Shown: one piece after another, positions 29,281 to 38,697 of the stretch
Layout: every line of letters begins with the position of its first letter
Position numbering within the stretch: position 1 is the stretch's first letter
From: Chloroflexota bacterium
Lineage (GTDB): Bacteria > Chloroflexota > Limnocylindria > Limnocylindrales > CSP1-4
Length of the DNA: 64,000 bases
Direction: 5' to 3'
NCBI GenBank assembly: GCA_021789435.1
Contig: JAJYJO010000004.1
Coordinates: 5,108-69,107 of the forward strand
Made by a program: the position numbers and the translations under genes
The notes under the pieces: model-generated
Told to the model about the DNA's origin: nothing
Databases searched by the model: none
Seen by the model: only the letters and a program-made list of their open reading frames with translations

Positions 29281-30576
29281 TCAGCGCGCCTTCAGGGCCT
29301 CGCGCATCAGGGCCAGGGCCTGCTCCGTCTGGCCCGTGTCGGCCAGCAGCTCGCCCCACTCGCCGAGCACGTCGCGCAGGCGGCTCGCGCTCCGGCCGGC
29401 GCGCGCTAGCTGGGCCGCCCGCTCGTAGGCGCGGAGGGCCTCCTCCGGCCGCTGGAGCGTGCGGGCGCTTCGAGCGAGGCTCAGCACGGCGCTGAGAGCG
29501 GCCTTGTCGTTGCCCGTGCGCTCCGCCAGCGCCAGAGACTCGCGGGCGAAGTCAGCCGCCCGCTGACCGTCGCCGGCGGCAAGCGCGATCTGGGCCTGGG
29601 TGCCGGCAACGTGCGCCAGCCAGCGCTCGTCCGCCAGCCTCTCGAAGCAACGGCGGGCGGCCGCCGCCAGCTTGCCGGACCGCTCCAGGTTGCCGAGATC
29701 CAGGTATGTCTCGGCCAGATCGTTCTCGAGCGCCCCGGACTCCAGTTCCGCATCCGCGGCCCGGAAGAGCCCCAGGCTGACCTGGGCGGCCCACACCGCG
29801 CCCGCCTGGTCGCCGGCCTCGCGGCAGCCGTAGGCAAGGTCGTAGAAGTAGGTGGCGCGCCGGCGGTCGTCGAGCGACTCGACCAGGCCGCGGGCCTCCT
29901 CGAGGTAGACAAGCGCCCCGGCATGGTTGCCCTCGAGCGATTCGTTCCTCGAGCGGGCCATCAGGAGGCGCACCCGGAAATCGGGTTCCACGCGCAGGCC
30001 GGCCCGGACGCGGTCCAGGATGCCCTGCAGCACGGCACTGGATTCGGTCGTGTTCCCGAGCTCGAGCTGGGCGCAGGCCAGCCAGTAGCTCGAGACGGCG
30101 GCATCGGCTTCGCGGCCGGCGGCCCCGAAGAGCTCGGCCGCCTCGGCCGCGGGGGCGGTCGCATCGCTGCCCCGGCCCAGGCGACAGAGCGCCTCCGCGG
30201 CTCCCCGCAGCAGTTCGGCGCGGTTCGAGCCCCGGCCGGCAGCCGCGAGCAGCCTGCCGTACGCGTCCGCGGCCTCCTGCCAGCGGCCGGAGGCCAGGGC
30301 CAGGTCGGCGGCCAGCCTGGGCCAGGCCGGAGCCGTCTCCTCGATGAAGGCGGTCACCGGCCGGTCGAGGCGCTCCGCCAGGAAGGTCAGGGCTGCCATG
30401 GACGGCTTGGAGTGACCACGCTCGAGGGCGCTGATGTACGCCTTGGTGTAGCGCCCGGCGGCCAACTGCTGCTGGGTGAGACCGGCAGTCAAACGGGCTT
30501 CACGAAGCCGCGTCCCGATCGCGGCCGCCAGCTCCGACTGATCGACGACAACGCGGCGGCGGAGGGTGGTGTTCAT
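29281..30576 (-). CDS. XRE-family HTH regulator with C-terminal TPR repeats
   Basis: N-terminal LREARLTAGLTQQQLAAGRYTKAYISALERG helix-turn-helix, then repeated Ala/Leu-rich TPR-like helices. Confidence 0.75.
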   Translation of the reverse strand: MNTTLRRRVVVDQSELAAAIGTRLREARLTAGLTQQQLAAGRYTKAYISALERGHSKPSMAALTFLAERLDRPVTAFIEETAPAWPRLAADLALASGRWQEAADAYGRLLAAAGRGSNRAELLRGAAEALCRLGRGSDATAPAAEAAELFGAAGREADAAVSSYWLACAQLELGNTTESSAVLQGILDRVRAGLRVEPDFRVRLLMARSRNESLEGNHAGALVYLEEARGLVESLDDRRRATYFYDLAYGCREAGDQAGAVWAAQVSLGLFRAADAELESGALENDLAETYLDLGNLERSGKLAAAARRCFERLADERWLAHVAGTQAQIALAAGDGQRAADFARESLALAERTGNDKAALSAVLSLARSARTLQRPEEALRAYERAAQLARAGRSASRLRDVLGEWGELLADTGQTEQALALMREALKAR

Positions 30577-30937
30577 GCCGGAGAGTGTACTCCTCTGTCC
30601 ACCCTTGCTTTACGCTCGCGAGCAACTCCGGCGGATGCAGTACCAGCTTCCCGCGCTGAATCGCCGCCGACTCCGGGAGCCGATCGTCTCGATGCAGGGC
30701 ACCCGTACCGCTTCCGGGGCGCACGCGCTCCGGGTGCAGCTCGGGGGAGGCGATGCTCGGCGCAGAAACTTGGATATACTTGACCGGGAGCCCTCAGGTT
30801 CCGCCTCCGCCGTGCTCCTGCGGACCGCTCTCGGCGCGGTAGGCGATCACCTCGACACGCTGCCCGGCAGCCGCCGTCGAACGGCACCCGTTCGGCTCAT
30901 CGGTCGGTCCGGCGCGGCCGCGTGGCCGACCCGCCGA

Positions 30938-32953
30938 CTAGACCGCCTCGGCCAGGGGCTCGACGAACTGGCTGTTGTAGAGGTCGAAGTAGAAGCCGCG
31001 GCGGGCGAGCAGCTGCTCGTGCGTGCCCTGCTCGACGATCCGGCCGTGGTTCATCACCAGGATGATGTCGGCGTCGCGGATGGTCGAGAGCCGGTGGGCG
31101 ATGACAAAGCTCGTGCGCCCCTTCATCAGGTTCGCCATGGCACGCTGGACCAACACCTCGGTCCGTGTATCGACGGAGCTGGTCGCCTCGTCGAGGATAA
31201 GGATCTGCGGGTCGGCCAGGAACGCCCGGGCGATCGTGAGCAGCTGCCGTTCGCCCTGCGAGAGGTTGGCGGCATCGTCGCTGATCACCGTGTCGTAGCC
31301 CTCGGGCAGGGCGCGCACGAAGTGGTCGACGTGGGCCGCTCGGGCGGCCTCGCGGATCTGTTCCTCGGTGGCATCCTCGCGGCCGTAGGCGATGTTCTCG
31401 CGGATCGTGCCGCCGAAGAGCCACGTGTCCTGGAGGACCATTCCGAAGGTGCGGCGGAGGTTGTCCCGGGTCATCTCGCGGGCATCGATGCCGTCCACGG
31501 CGATCCGGCCGCCGTCGATCTCGTAGAACCGCAGCAGCAGGTTGACCAGGGTGGTCTTGCCCGCCCCGGTGGGACCCACGATGGCCACCGTCTGGCCCGG
31601 CTGGACCACCTCGTTCAGGTTCTCGATCAGCGGTGTCTCGGGCTCGTAGCGGAACGAGACATCGTCGAGGACGACCTGCCCGACCGCCTGCTCCAGGACG
31701 CGTGGCTGCTCGGTGTCGGGGACCTCCTCCGGCTCGTCGAGCAGCTCGAAGACGCGCTCGGCCGAGGCGATCGTGGACTGCAGGACGTTCATGATGCTGG
31801 CGGTCTGGGTGATCGGCATCGTGAACTGCCGCGAGTACTGGATGAAGGCCTGGACGTCGCCGAGCGGCATGGTTCCGGAGGCGACCTGGACGCCGCCGAT
31901 GACTGCGATCGCGACGTAGTTCAGGTTGCTGACGAAGTTCATCGTCGGCTGGATGATGCCCGAGATGAACTGGGCCCGGAAGCTGGCCTGGTAGAGCCGC
32001 TCGTTCTCCTCGTCGAAGCGGCGGATGGCGTCGTCGCGGTGGCCGAACACCTTGACGATGGTCTGGCCCGTGTGCGTCTCCTCGACGCGGCCGGTCAGGG
32101 TGCCGGTCTCCCGCCACTGGGCGGCGAACTGGCGCTGGGACTGCCGGGCGATGACGAGGGTCGCCCCGGCGGCGACCGGGACCACCATCACCGAGATCAG
32201 GGCCAGCAGGGGGCTCAGCGTCAGCATCATGATCAGGACACCGATGATCGTGAAGACCGACGTCACGATCTGCATCAGGCTCTGCTGGAGCGTGGTGGCG
32301 ATGTTGTCGATGTCGTTGGTGACCCGGCTCAGGATGTCGCCGTGGGGGTGGCTGTCGAAGTAGCGGAGGGGAAGCCGGCCGAGCTTGCGGTCGACGTCCT
32401 GGCGGAGGCGGTAGACGGTCCGCTGGGCGACTCCGGCCATGATGTAGTACGAGACCCACTGGAAGGCGGCCCCGACCAGGTAGAGGGCGGCGAGCACGAG
32501 CAGGATCTGGCCCACCGCCCCGAAGTCGACGCCGACGCCCGGCGTGACGGTCATCCCCGACAGCATGTCCGCCACCTGGCCCTGGCCGCGGGCCCGCAGG
32601 ATGGCCTCCGCCTGCGCCTGCGTGGTGCCCGGCGGCAGGTACTGGCCGAGCGTCTTGCCGATCAGGCCGTCGAACAGCAGGTTGGTGGCGTTCGCCAGGA
32701 TCCGCGGCGCCAGGACCTGGGCGATGACGCCGATGATGGCGAGGACCATCACCACGGCGATCCCGGGTCCCTCCGGCCGGAGCTCGCCGACGAGGCGGCG
32801 CAGCGAGCCGCGGAAGTTCCGCGCCTTCTGGGCCGGCAGCATCATGCCGTGACCCATCGGTCCGCCGCCCATCGGTCCCCGCCGGCCGGGTCCGCCGAAG
32901 GCGGGTCCGGCCGGGCGGCGCTGGCCGGCGGTGGATCCCGTCGGCCCGCTCAC
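30938..32953 (-). CDS. ABC exporter, fused TMD-NBD (type I exporter half-transporter)
   Basis: Six transmembrane helices, then Walker A GPTGAGKT, LSQGERQLL and ILDEATS. GTG start overlaps the stop of the upstream partner (GTGA). Confidence 0.8.
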   Translation of the reverse strand: MSGPTGSTAGQRRPAGPAFGGPGRRGPMGGGPMGHGMMLPAQKARNFRGSLRRLVGELRPEGPGIAVVMVLAIIGVIAQVLAPRILANATNLLFDGLIGKTLGQYLPPGTTQAQAEAILRARGQGQVADMLSGMTVTPGVGVDFGAVGQILLVLAALYLVGAAFQWVSYYIMAGVAQRTVYRLRQDVDRKLGRLPLRYFDSHPHGDILSRVTNDIDNIATTLQQSLMQIVTSVFTIIGVLIMMLTLSPLLALISVMVVPVAAGATLVIARQSQRQFAAQWRETGTLTGRVEETHTGQTIVKVFGHRDDAIRRFDEENERLYQASFRAQFISGIIQPTMNFVSNLNYVAIAVIGGVQVASGTMPLGDVQAFIQYSRQFTMPITQTASIMNVLQSTIASAERVFELLDEPEEVPDTEQPRVLEQAVGQVVLDDVSFRYEPETPLIENLNEVVQPGQTVAIVGPTGAGKTTLVNLLLRFYEIDGGRIAVDGIDAREMTRDNLRRTFGMVLQDTWLFGGTIRENIAYGREDATEEQIREAARAAHVDHFVRALPEGYDTVISDDAANLSQGERQLLTIARAFLADPQILILDEATSSVDTRTEVLVQRAMANLMKGRTSFVIAHRLSTIRDADIILVMNHGRIVEQGTHEQLLARRGFYFDLYNSQFVEPLAEAV

Positions 32954-34680
32954 GCCGCCTCCTCCGCGGTGAGCTGCGAGAAGACGATCTCGCGGTAGGT
33001 CTCGCAGTGCTCCATCAGCTCGGCGTGGGTCCCGATCCCGGCCACCTGGCCGGCGTCGAGGACGACGATCTGGTCGGCATTCATGATGGTCCCGACCCGC
33101 TGGGCGACGATGATGACGGTGGCGTCGTGGACCTCCTCGCGGAGGGCCGCCCGGAGCAGCGAGTCGGTCTTGAAGTCGAGGGCCGAGAAGCTGTCGTCGA
33201 AGATGTAGATCCGCGGCCGCTTGACGACCGCCCGGGCGATCGCCAGGCGCTGACGCTGGCCGCCCGAGACGTTGGTCCCGCCCTGGTCGATCTCCGCCTC
33301 CAGCCCGCCCGGCATCTCCGAGACGAAGTCGCGGGCCTGGGCGATCCCCAGGGCCTGCCACAGCTCGTCGTCGGTCGCCTGCTCGTTCCCGTAGCGCAGG
33401 TTGCTGGCGACGGTGCCGCCGAACAGGAAGGCCTGCTGGGGAACGAGGCCGATCGGCCGCCAGACGTCCTCCTGGCGCAGGTCGCGGACGTCGACGCCGT
33501 CGATCAGGATCTGGCCGGCAGTGGCGTCGTAGAAACGGGGGACCAGGTTGATCAGCGTCGACTTGCCGCTGCCGGTGCTGCCCACGATGGCGGTGGTCGT
33601 GCCGGGGGTGGCGATGAACGAGATCCCCCGCAGCACCGGGTCCTCCGCGCCCGGATAGCGGAACTCGACCTCGTGGAACTCGACCTCGCCCCGGGGGACG
33701 GCGACGCTCACCGGCTCGGCCGGGTCCGTCAGCGAGATCTCGGTCTCGAGGACCTTCTGGATCCGCTCCGCCGAGGCCGCCCCGCGGGGGACCATGATGA
33801 ACATGATCGTGGCCATCATGACCGCGAAGAGGATCTGCATCACGTACTGCAGAAAGGCGATCAGGTTGCCGATCGGCATCGCCCCGCTGTCGATCCGCAG
33901 GCCGCCGAACCACATGATGGCGACGGTCGAGAGGTTCAGGATCGCGAACAGCGCCGGAATCATCAGGGCGAACAGCCGGTTCACCCGCAGCGAGGTGTCG
34001 GTCAGGTCGGCGTTGGCGTCGTCGAAGCGGCGCTCCTCGTGGTCCGTCCGAACGAAGGCCCGGATGACACGGATGCCGCTCAGGTTCTCGCGCAGGACCT
34101 GGTTGATCCGGTCGATCTTGACCTGCATGGAGCGGAAGAGCGGCATCGCCCGGACGACCAGGCTGCCGATGACGAGCGCCATCAACGGGATGATCACGGC
34201 CAGCAGCCCCGTCAGGGGGACGTCCTGGCGGAGGGCCATCACGATCCCGCCGACCGACATGATCGGGGCCAGGATCATGACATTGAGGGCCATGACGATG
34301 ACCATCTGCACCTGGGTCACGTCGTTCGTGTTGCGGGTGATCAGCGAGGGTGCGCCGAAGTGATTGGTCTCGACCTGGGAGAAATGGAGCGCCTTGCGGA
34401 ACATTGCGCCCCGGACGTCGCGTCCGAAGGCCATCGCGGTCCGGGCGCCGAAGTAGATGGCGACCACCGCGCAGATCCCCAGCAGCAGGGTCACGGCCAG
34501 CATCAGGGCGCCGGTCCGGATGATGTAGTTGAGGTCGCCCTTCACGACGCCGTTGTTGATGATGTCGGCGTTGAGGTTGGGGAGGTAGAGGTTGGCGACC
34601 GCCTGGACCGTGAGGAGGGCCACCACCAGGGCGATCTGGCGGCGGTAGGGCGCCAGGTACGTGGTGAGCAGTCTCGTCAT
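32950..34680 (-). CDS. ABC exporter, fused TMD-NBD, partner of the gene at 30938-32953
   Basis: Walker A GSTGSGKST, LSGGQRQRLAIAR and IFDDSFSALD. ATGA overlap with the upstream marR gene. Confidence 0.85.
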   Translation of the reverse strand: MTRLLTTYLAPYRRQIALVVALLTVQAVANLYLPNLNADIINNGVVKGDLNYIIRTGALMLAVTLLLGICAVVAIYFGARTAMAFGRDVRGAMFRKALHFSQVETNHFGAPSLITRNTNDVTQVQMVIVMALNVMILAPIMSVGGIVMALRQDVPLTGLLAVIIPLMALVIGSLVVRAMPLFRSMQVKIDRINQVLRENLSGIRVIRAFVRTDHEERRFDDANADLTDTSLRVNRLFALMIPALFAILNLSTVAIMWFGGLRIDSGAMPIGNLIAFLQYVMQILFAVMMATIMFIMVPRGAASAERIQKVLETEISLTDPAEPVSVAVPRGEVEFHEVEFRYPGAEDPVLRGISFIATPGTTTAIVGSTGSGKSTLINLVPRFYDATAGQILIDGVDVRDLRQEDVWRPIGLVPQQAFLFGGTVASNLRYGNEQATDDELWQALGIAQARDFVSEMPGGLEAEIDQGGTNVSGGQRQRLAIARAVVKRPRIYIFDDSFSALDFKTDSLLRAALREEVHDATVIIVAQRVGTIMNADQIVVLDAGQVAGIGTHAELMEHCETYREIVFSQLTAEEAA

Positions 34681-35300
34681 GCCGTCCGGCCTCCCGTGGG
34701 TCCCGCCCGCCAGGGTTCGTCGGTCCCTGCCGCTGGGGCCGGTCCGGAGCCTGGTCCCGCGTCATGCCCGGCCAGCTCCCGTTCGCCGAACAGGCGCAGC
34801 CCGGCCGCCCTCAGGGCGCGGACACCGGCCAGGAAGCCGCTCAGCTCGCCCTCGCTCAACTCGCCGAGCAGCAGCGCCAGGCGCTCGCGGCGGTGGCCCT
34901 GGAGGTCCCGGAAGATCGCTCTTCCCGCGTCGGTCAGGTGGACGACCACCAGCCGGCGGTCGTCCAGGTCGTGGCACCGCTCGACCAGTCCCCGCCGCTC
35001 CATCCGCTCGACGATCCCCGTGGCGCTGGCCTGCGAGACGTCGAGCGTCTCCGCGAGGTGGCGCATCGACAGCGGCCCGGCCGCCTGGAGGGCAGTCAGG
35101 ACGTTGAGGTGGACGAGGCTGAGCGCGCCCCGGTGCCAGGTTCGGAAGATGCCCATCCGGTCGCGTGGCGAGGCGGTCAGTTCGTCGAGCACCTCGTCGG
35201 CGATCCGCCCGCGGGCATCCGGGGCCGGCGGGGTCCCGCCCGGTGCCGGATCGTCCGCAAGCTCGGCGGTCTTGGCCCTCGCGCTGACGTTTAGAGTCAC
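34677..35300 (-). CDS. MarR-family transcriptional regulator
   Basis: Winged-helix region LTALQAAGPLSMRHLAETLDVSQASATGIVERMERRGLVER. Confidence 0.8.
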   Translation of the reverse strand: MTLNVSARAKTAELADDPAPGGTPPAPDARGRIADEVLDELTASPRDRMGIFRTWHRGALSLVHLNVLTALQAAGPLSMRHLAETLDVSQASATGIVERMERRGLVERCHDLDDRRLVVVHLTDAGRAIFRDLQGHRRERLALLLGELSEGELSGFLAGVRALRAAGLRLFGERELAGHDAGPGSGPAPAAGTDEPWRAGPTGGRTA

Positions 35301-35305
35301 CTAAA

Positions 35306-35315
35306 AGGTATACCT
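35306..35315. promoter_or_regulatory. perfect palindrome AGGTATACCT in an AT-rich patch immediately upstream of marR
   Basis: Direct inspection. An AT-rich island in a 70% GC background. Confidence 0.4.
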
Positions 35316-35398
35316 CATCACGAAGTAGTTGTCGAGCGCTGCACGGCCGGGAAGGACCGGCCGGCCGCCCGGCCGGCCCTGCTCGGCGCCGGCGCCCC

Positions 35399-36691
35399 TC
35401 AAGGGTCGCCGAGCGGGGCCGCCCCAGCGAGCTCCTCCGCCGGCGGCCGGCGCCGGAAGAAGCCCCAGTACAGCACGGCATTGGCCAGCTGGAGGCCGGC
35501 CGCCAGCATGAAGGGCAGTGTCAGGCTCACCTCGTCGAAGAGGTAGCCCGCCGCGAGCGGCGCAACGGCCATGGCCGCCTGGCTGGGCAGGTTCGAGAGC
35601 GCCCCGACCGCCGCCCGCTCGGATGGGTCGGCCATCGCCAGGACGTAGGACTGCCGCAGCGGGAGCCCCACCCGCTGCGCCACCATCCGGACCAGGTAGA
35701 TCGCCCCGGCGAGCGCGAAAGACGGCGCCAGGACCATCGGCACCAGGAGGAGCGCCTGGGCGACGCGGACGGCGGTGACGGTCCGGACCAGGCCCCAGCG
35801 GCGGGCCAGCCCGGCGGCGCTCAGCGTCGAGGCGAGCGTTGCCGCGTTGATGACCGCGTAGAGCAGCCCGATCTGGCCGGCCGTCGCTCCGTAGCGGCGG
35901 AAGAACCAGTAGCTGACGAAGGGGCCGAACATGCCGGCCGCCAGCCCGTTCAGGCTGTTCGTCGTCCACAGGCGGACCAGCAGTGGCATCGACCGGCGCG
36001 GGAGCCGCGGTCGGCGTTCCCCTTCGCGCGCGGCCGCCCGCCGCGGCTCCCTCAGGCCGAGCGCCAGCAGGCCCGCCGCGGCGGCCAGGATCGCGGTGGC
36101 CAGATAGGGGCCGCGAAAGTCCAGCGTGGCGGCCGCGCCGCCCGTCGTCCCGTGCTGGCCGAGCAGGGCCAGCGGGCTGCCGAGCAGCGCACCCAGGCTG
36201 GAGGCGAAGGCAAGCCGCCCGAAGGCGCTGTTCCGGCGGGCCGGCGAGGTGATCTCGGTCAGCAGGGCCTGCTCCGCCGGCTGGTAGGGGCCCACGGCGC
36301 CGGCACCGGCCCCCATGCCGCGTCCGAAGCTCCCGGCGGCGGCCGCCATGAACAGGACGGCCGGCGAACGCGAGGCGGAGAAGGCGAGCGCCGCCGCGGC
36401 CGCCAGGAGCGGGACGGCGACCAGAAACGGCTTCCGCCCGACGCGATCGGAGGCGAGACCGATCGCGGTGGTGAGGATCGCGCTGCTGACGCCGACGACC
36501 AACACGAGCTCGCCGAGCTGGATGGCGCTGAACCCGATCAGGGCCAGGTAGATCGGCGTGACGATCCCGGCCAGGGAACGTGCTCCGCTCATCAGGATGC
36601 GGGCTGCCACGATGATCGCGAGGTTTCGGTCCGGACCGTGTCGACCGCGGTCGGCCGATCGGCTGGCACTGCGATCGGCGGACTCGTTCAC
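35399..36691 (-). CDS. MFS transporter
   Basis: 12 transmembrane helices and a DRVGRK-type loop motif. Confidence 0.75.
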   Translation of the reverse strand: MNESADRSASRSADRGRHGPDRNLAIIVAARILMSGARSLAGIVTPIYLALIGFSAIQLGELVLVVGVSSAILTTAIGLASDRVGRKPFLVAVPLLAAAAALAFSASRSPAVLFMAAAAGSFGRGMGAGAGAVGPYQPAEQALLTEITSPARRNSAFGRLAFASSLGALLGSPLALLGQHGTTGGAAATLDFRGPYLATAILAAAAGLLALGLREPRRAAAREGERRPRLPRRSMPLLVRLWTTNSLNGLAAGMFGPFVSYWFFRRYGATAGQIGLLYAVINAATLASTLSAAGLARRWGLVRTVTAVRVAQALLLVPMVLAPSFALAGAIYLVRMVAQRVGLPLRQSYVLAMADPSERAAVGALSNLPSQAAMAVAPLAAGYLFDEVSLTLPFMLAAGLQLANAVLYWGFFRRRPPAEELAGAAPLGDP

Positions 36692-37490
36692 CCTTGGATC
36701 GTAGCGCCGCGCGCGCCTCGCCCTCCGGGCTGGCCGCCCCGCGGAGGCGGCCCTGCGGCCGACGCTCTGGAACAGGACCCACGATTGAGCCGAGCGGTTC
36801 GCGGGCGGACCCGTCGCGGCTACGACGGCCGAGGCTGCCGGCGGTGCCGCGCTGGTGCTCGGCAGCCTGACCGGGCCAAGGCCGGGCGGCCTGCCTCGGC
36901 CCGGTGGGCGCCCGGTGAGGGCTCGCGACTGATCGACGCCCCGAGCGGCGCCGGATCGGCGCCCGACCTGTCATCGCTAGCGGGGAGGCTCGCCGCGGCG
37001 TGCGCTGCGTGACGTGACCGCCGCGGTGAGCGCCGTGATCAGGTCCGCCCATGGGCAGCTCTTCGCCGAGATGAGCACGGCCCGGGGAGGTCGCGCCGCC
37101 CGGCGCCGATTGGGGATTGGCTCCGGGCCCGCCGGTGGCCGCCGGGGCCCGGGGCAGAACGAAGCGCCCGAAGGAACTGCTCGTCTCGGCGCGTCGACCG
37201 CTGGCGACCTCGAGGTGAATCGTGGCCGTCACCAGCCGCCGCTGGACCGGAGTCCGCGATGACCTTGCGATCATCCGGTGCCTCGATCGCTCCCGGTCCG
37301 GGGATCGCTCCTCGTCCCGGGGCCGGCGTCTCAGCCCCTTCGGGCACAGCCAAAGCTACCGTCCGGCGCGCCGCTCCACAAGCGACTTGTCCACGAATCT
37401 GCGGCCGCGGCCGCCGTTCCGTCCACCAACTGGAGCGCGGATGTGGGTGAGGTGTGGACAACCCCTGAGTCTCGGGCGCCCGTTCCCGGA

Positions 37491-38045
37491 TCAGCCGGAG
37501 GCGGGCGCGTCCCCATCCGGCGGTTCCCGGACGGCCCGCTCGCGCTGGAGGCGGCCTTCCGCGACGGCGACCGCCTCCACGAGGGTCTGCGCCGCGGTCG
37601 CGCCGGCCCACCCGAAGGCGATCCCCGCACCGCCGGCCAGGGCGCGCTCACAGCGCTCTCGGACCCGCTCGACGAAGTTGATCGCCGCGATCTCGCTCGT
37701 CTCGGTCAGGATGAGGCCGAAGCGGTCGCGGCCGAGGCGGGCCAGGTAGTCGCTCGAGCGGCTGTCCGCCTCCAGGACTCTGGCCGCGGCGGCGATCGCC
37801 CGGTTCGCCACTGCCGCCGCCTGCGGCGCACCCTCGTCGCCGGCCCGGTCGAGCCCGACGAGGGCCGCCAGGACGACCGTGGCGGGCCGAGCGTAGCGGG
37901 CGCAGCGCGCCGACTCGACGGCCAGGATCGCTTCCCAGAAGCGCGGTCCGGCCAGCCCGGTCACCGAGTCGCGCCATGCTTCATCGCTGGCCCGCTCGAC
38001 TGCCGAAGCCTGGGCCCGGGGTACCGCTGGCGCTGTGGGCTCCAC
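37491..38045 (-). CDS. stand-alone degenerate GGDEF-domain protein (GRDRF in place of GGDEF)
   Basis: LTGLAGPRFWE....VVLAALVGLD....RLGRDRFGLIL aligns to the diguanylate cyclase fold with the catalytic motif altered. Confidence 0.55.
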   Translation of the reverse strand: MEPTAPAVPRAQASAVERASDEAWRDSVTGLAGPRFWEAILAVESARCARYARPATVVLAALVGLDRAGDEGAPQAAAVANRAIAAAARVLEADSRSSDYLARLGRDRFGLILTETSEIAAINFVERVRERCERALAGGAGIAFGWAGATAAQTLVEAVAVAEGRLQRERAVREPPDGDAPASG

Positions 38046-38512
38046 GACCGTCCGTCCTCTCGAGGCTGGTTTCTGGCGTCCGGTCTTCAGCCGTTCGCCG
38101 CGGGTCGGGCCGGGTCCCCAGTCGGGTCGGGACGGGACCTCCGACCGGACCGGCCTGCCGTCTGGTGCTCATGATCGCCGGGCGCCTGCCGCGCGGGGGA
38201 CCGTCTCCGACCGATGACGCCGCGCTCCTTCTGAAACGGCCGCCCATGGCCGTCGTTAGGGGTCCAGGACCTTTGGCTGCAGGGACCGGGCTCGAGCACT
38301 CCTGCCGGCGGAACACGGCCCCTGACGCGGTGCGCGTCTGGCGGGGGGTGCGGGCCCGGATCTCGCGGAGGCGCTCGAGGCGATCCGGCGGGCCTCGGGG
38401 ACCCAGGGGGTCAGCCGCTCCTGGTCCACCCACTCCCGGGTGGCCCTCGGAAGCCACCCGTCGGGCGGGACGTGCCCGGCCCGGCCCGCTCCGCTCGTCC
38501 GGCAGGCCAAGG

Positions 38513-38610
38513 TTATGCGGCTGTCCGCATGACCGGCAACCCTCCGACCCCGGCCGGCAACCGCCGGTCCTGCGCGCTCTTCGATCGCCGTTATGCGCTG
38601 ATCCGCATGA
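38513..38610. repeat. two copies, 78 bp apart, of a 20-bp palindromic element TTATGCGG-N4-CCGCATGA, plus a third related palindrome at 38663-38677
   Basis: Direct inspection of the non-coding gap 38046-38697. Confidence 0.7.
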
Positions 38611-38697
38611 CTCCCAGCCTCCGGCCCACCGCCTCCGACGCCAGCTCGCCCGCCGCAACCCGATCGCATGGATGCGGCCGACCGACGGCGCCTAGGT

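Noticed and set aside
30938-34765. Single 1275-aa ORF call spanning both ABC exporters
   Set aside because: The upstream half is out-of-frame read-through of the first exporter. The real second gene starts at the GTG at 32953, which overlaps the first gene's stop.
35301-37274. 657-aa minus-strand ORF overlapping the MFS transporter gene
   Set aside because: A different frame of the same strand as the well-supported MFS gene (35399-36691). The translation is Arg/Pro/Gly-rich with no domain.
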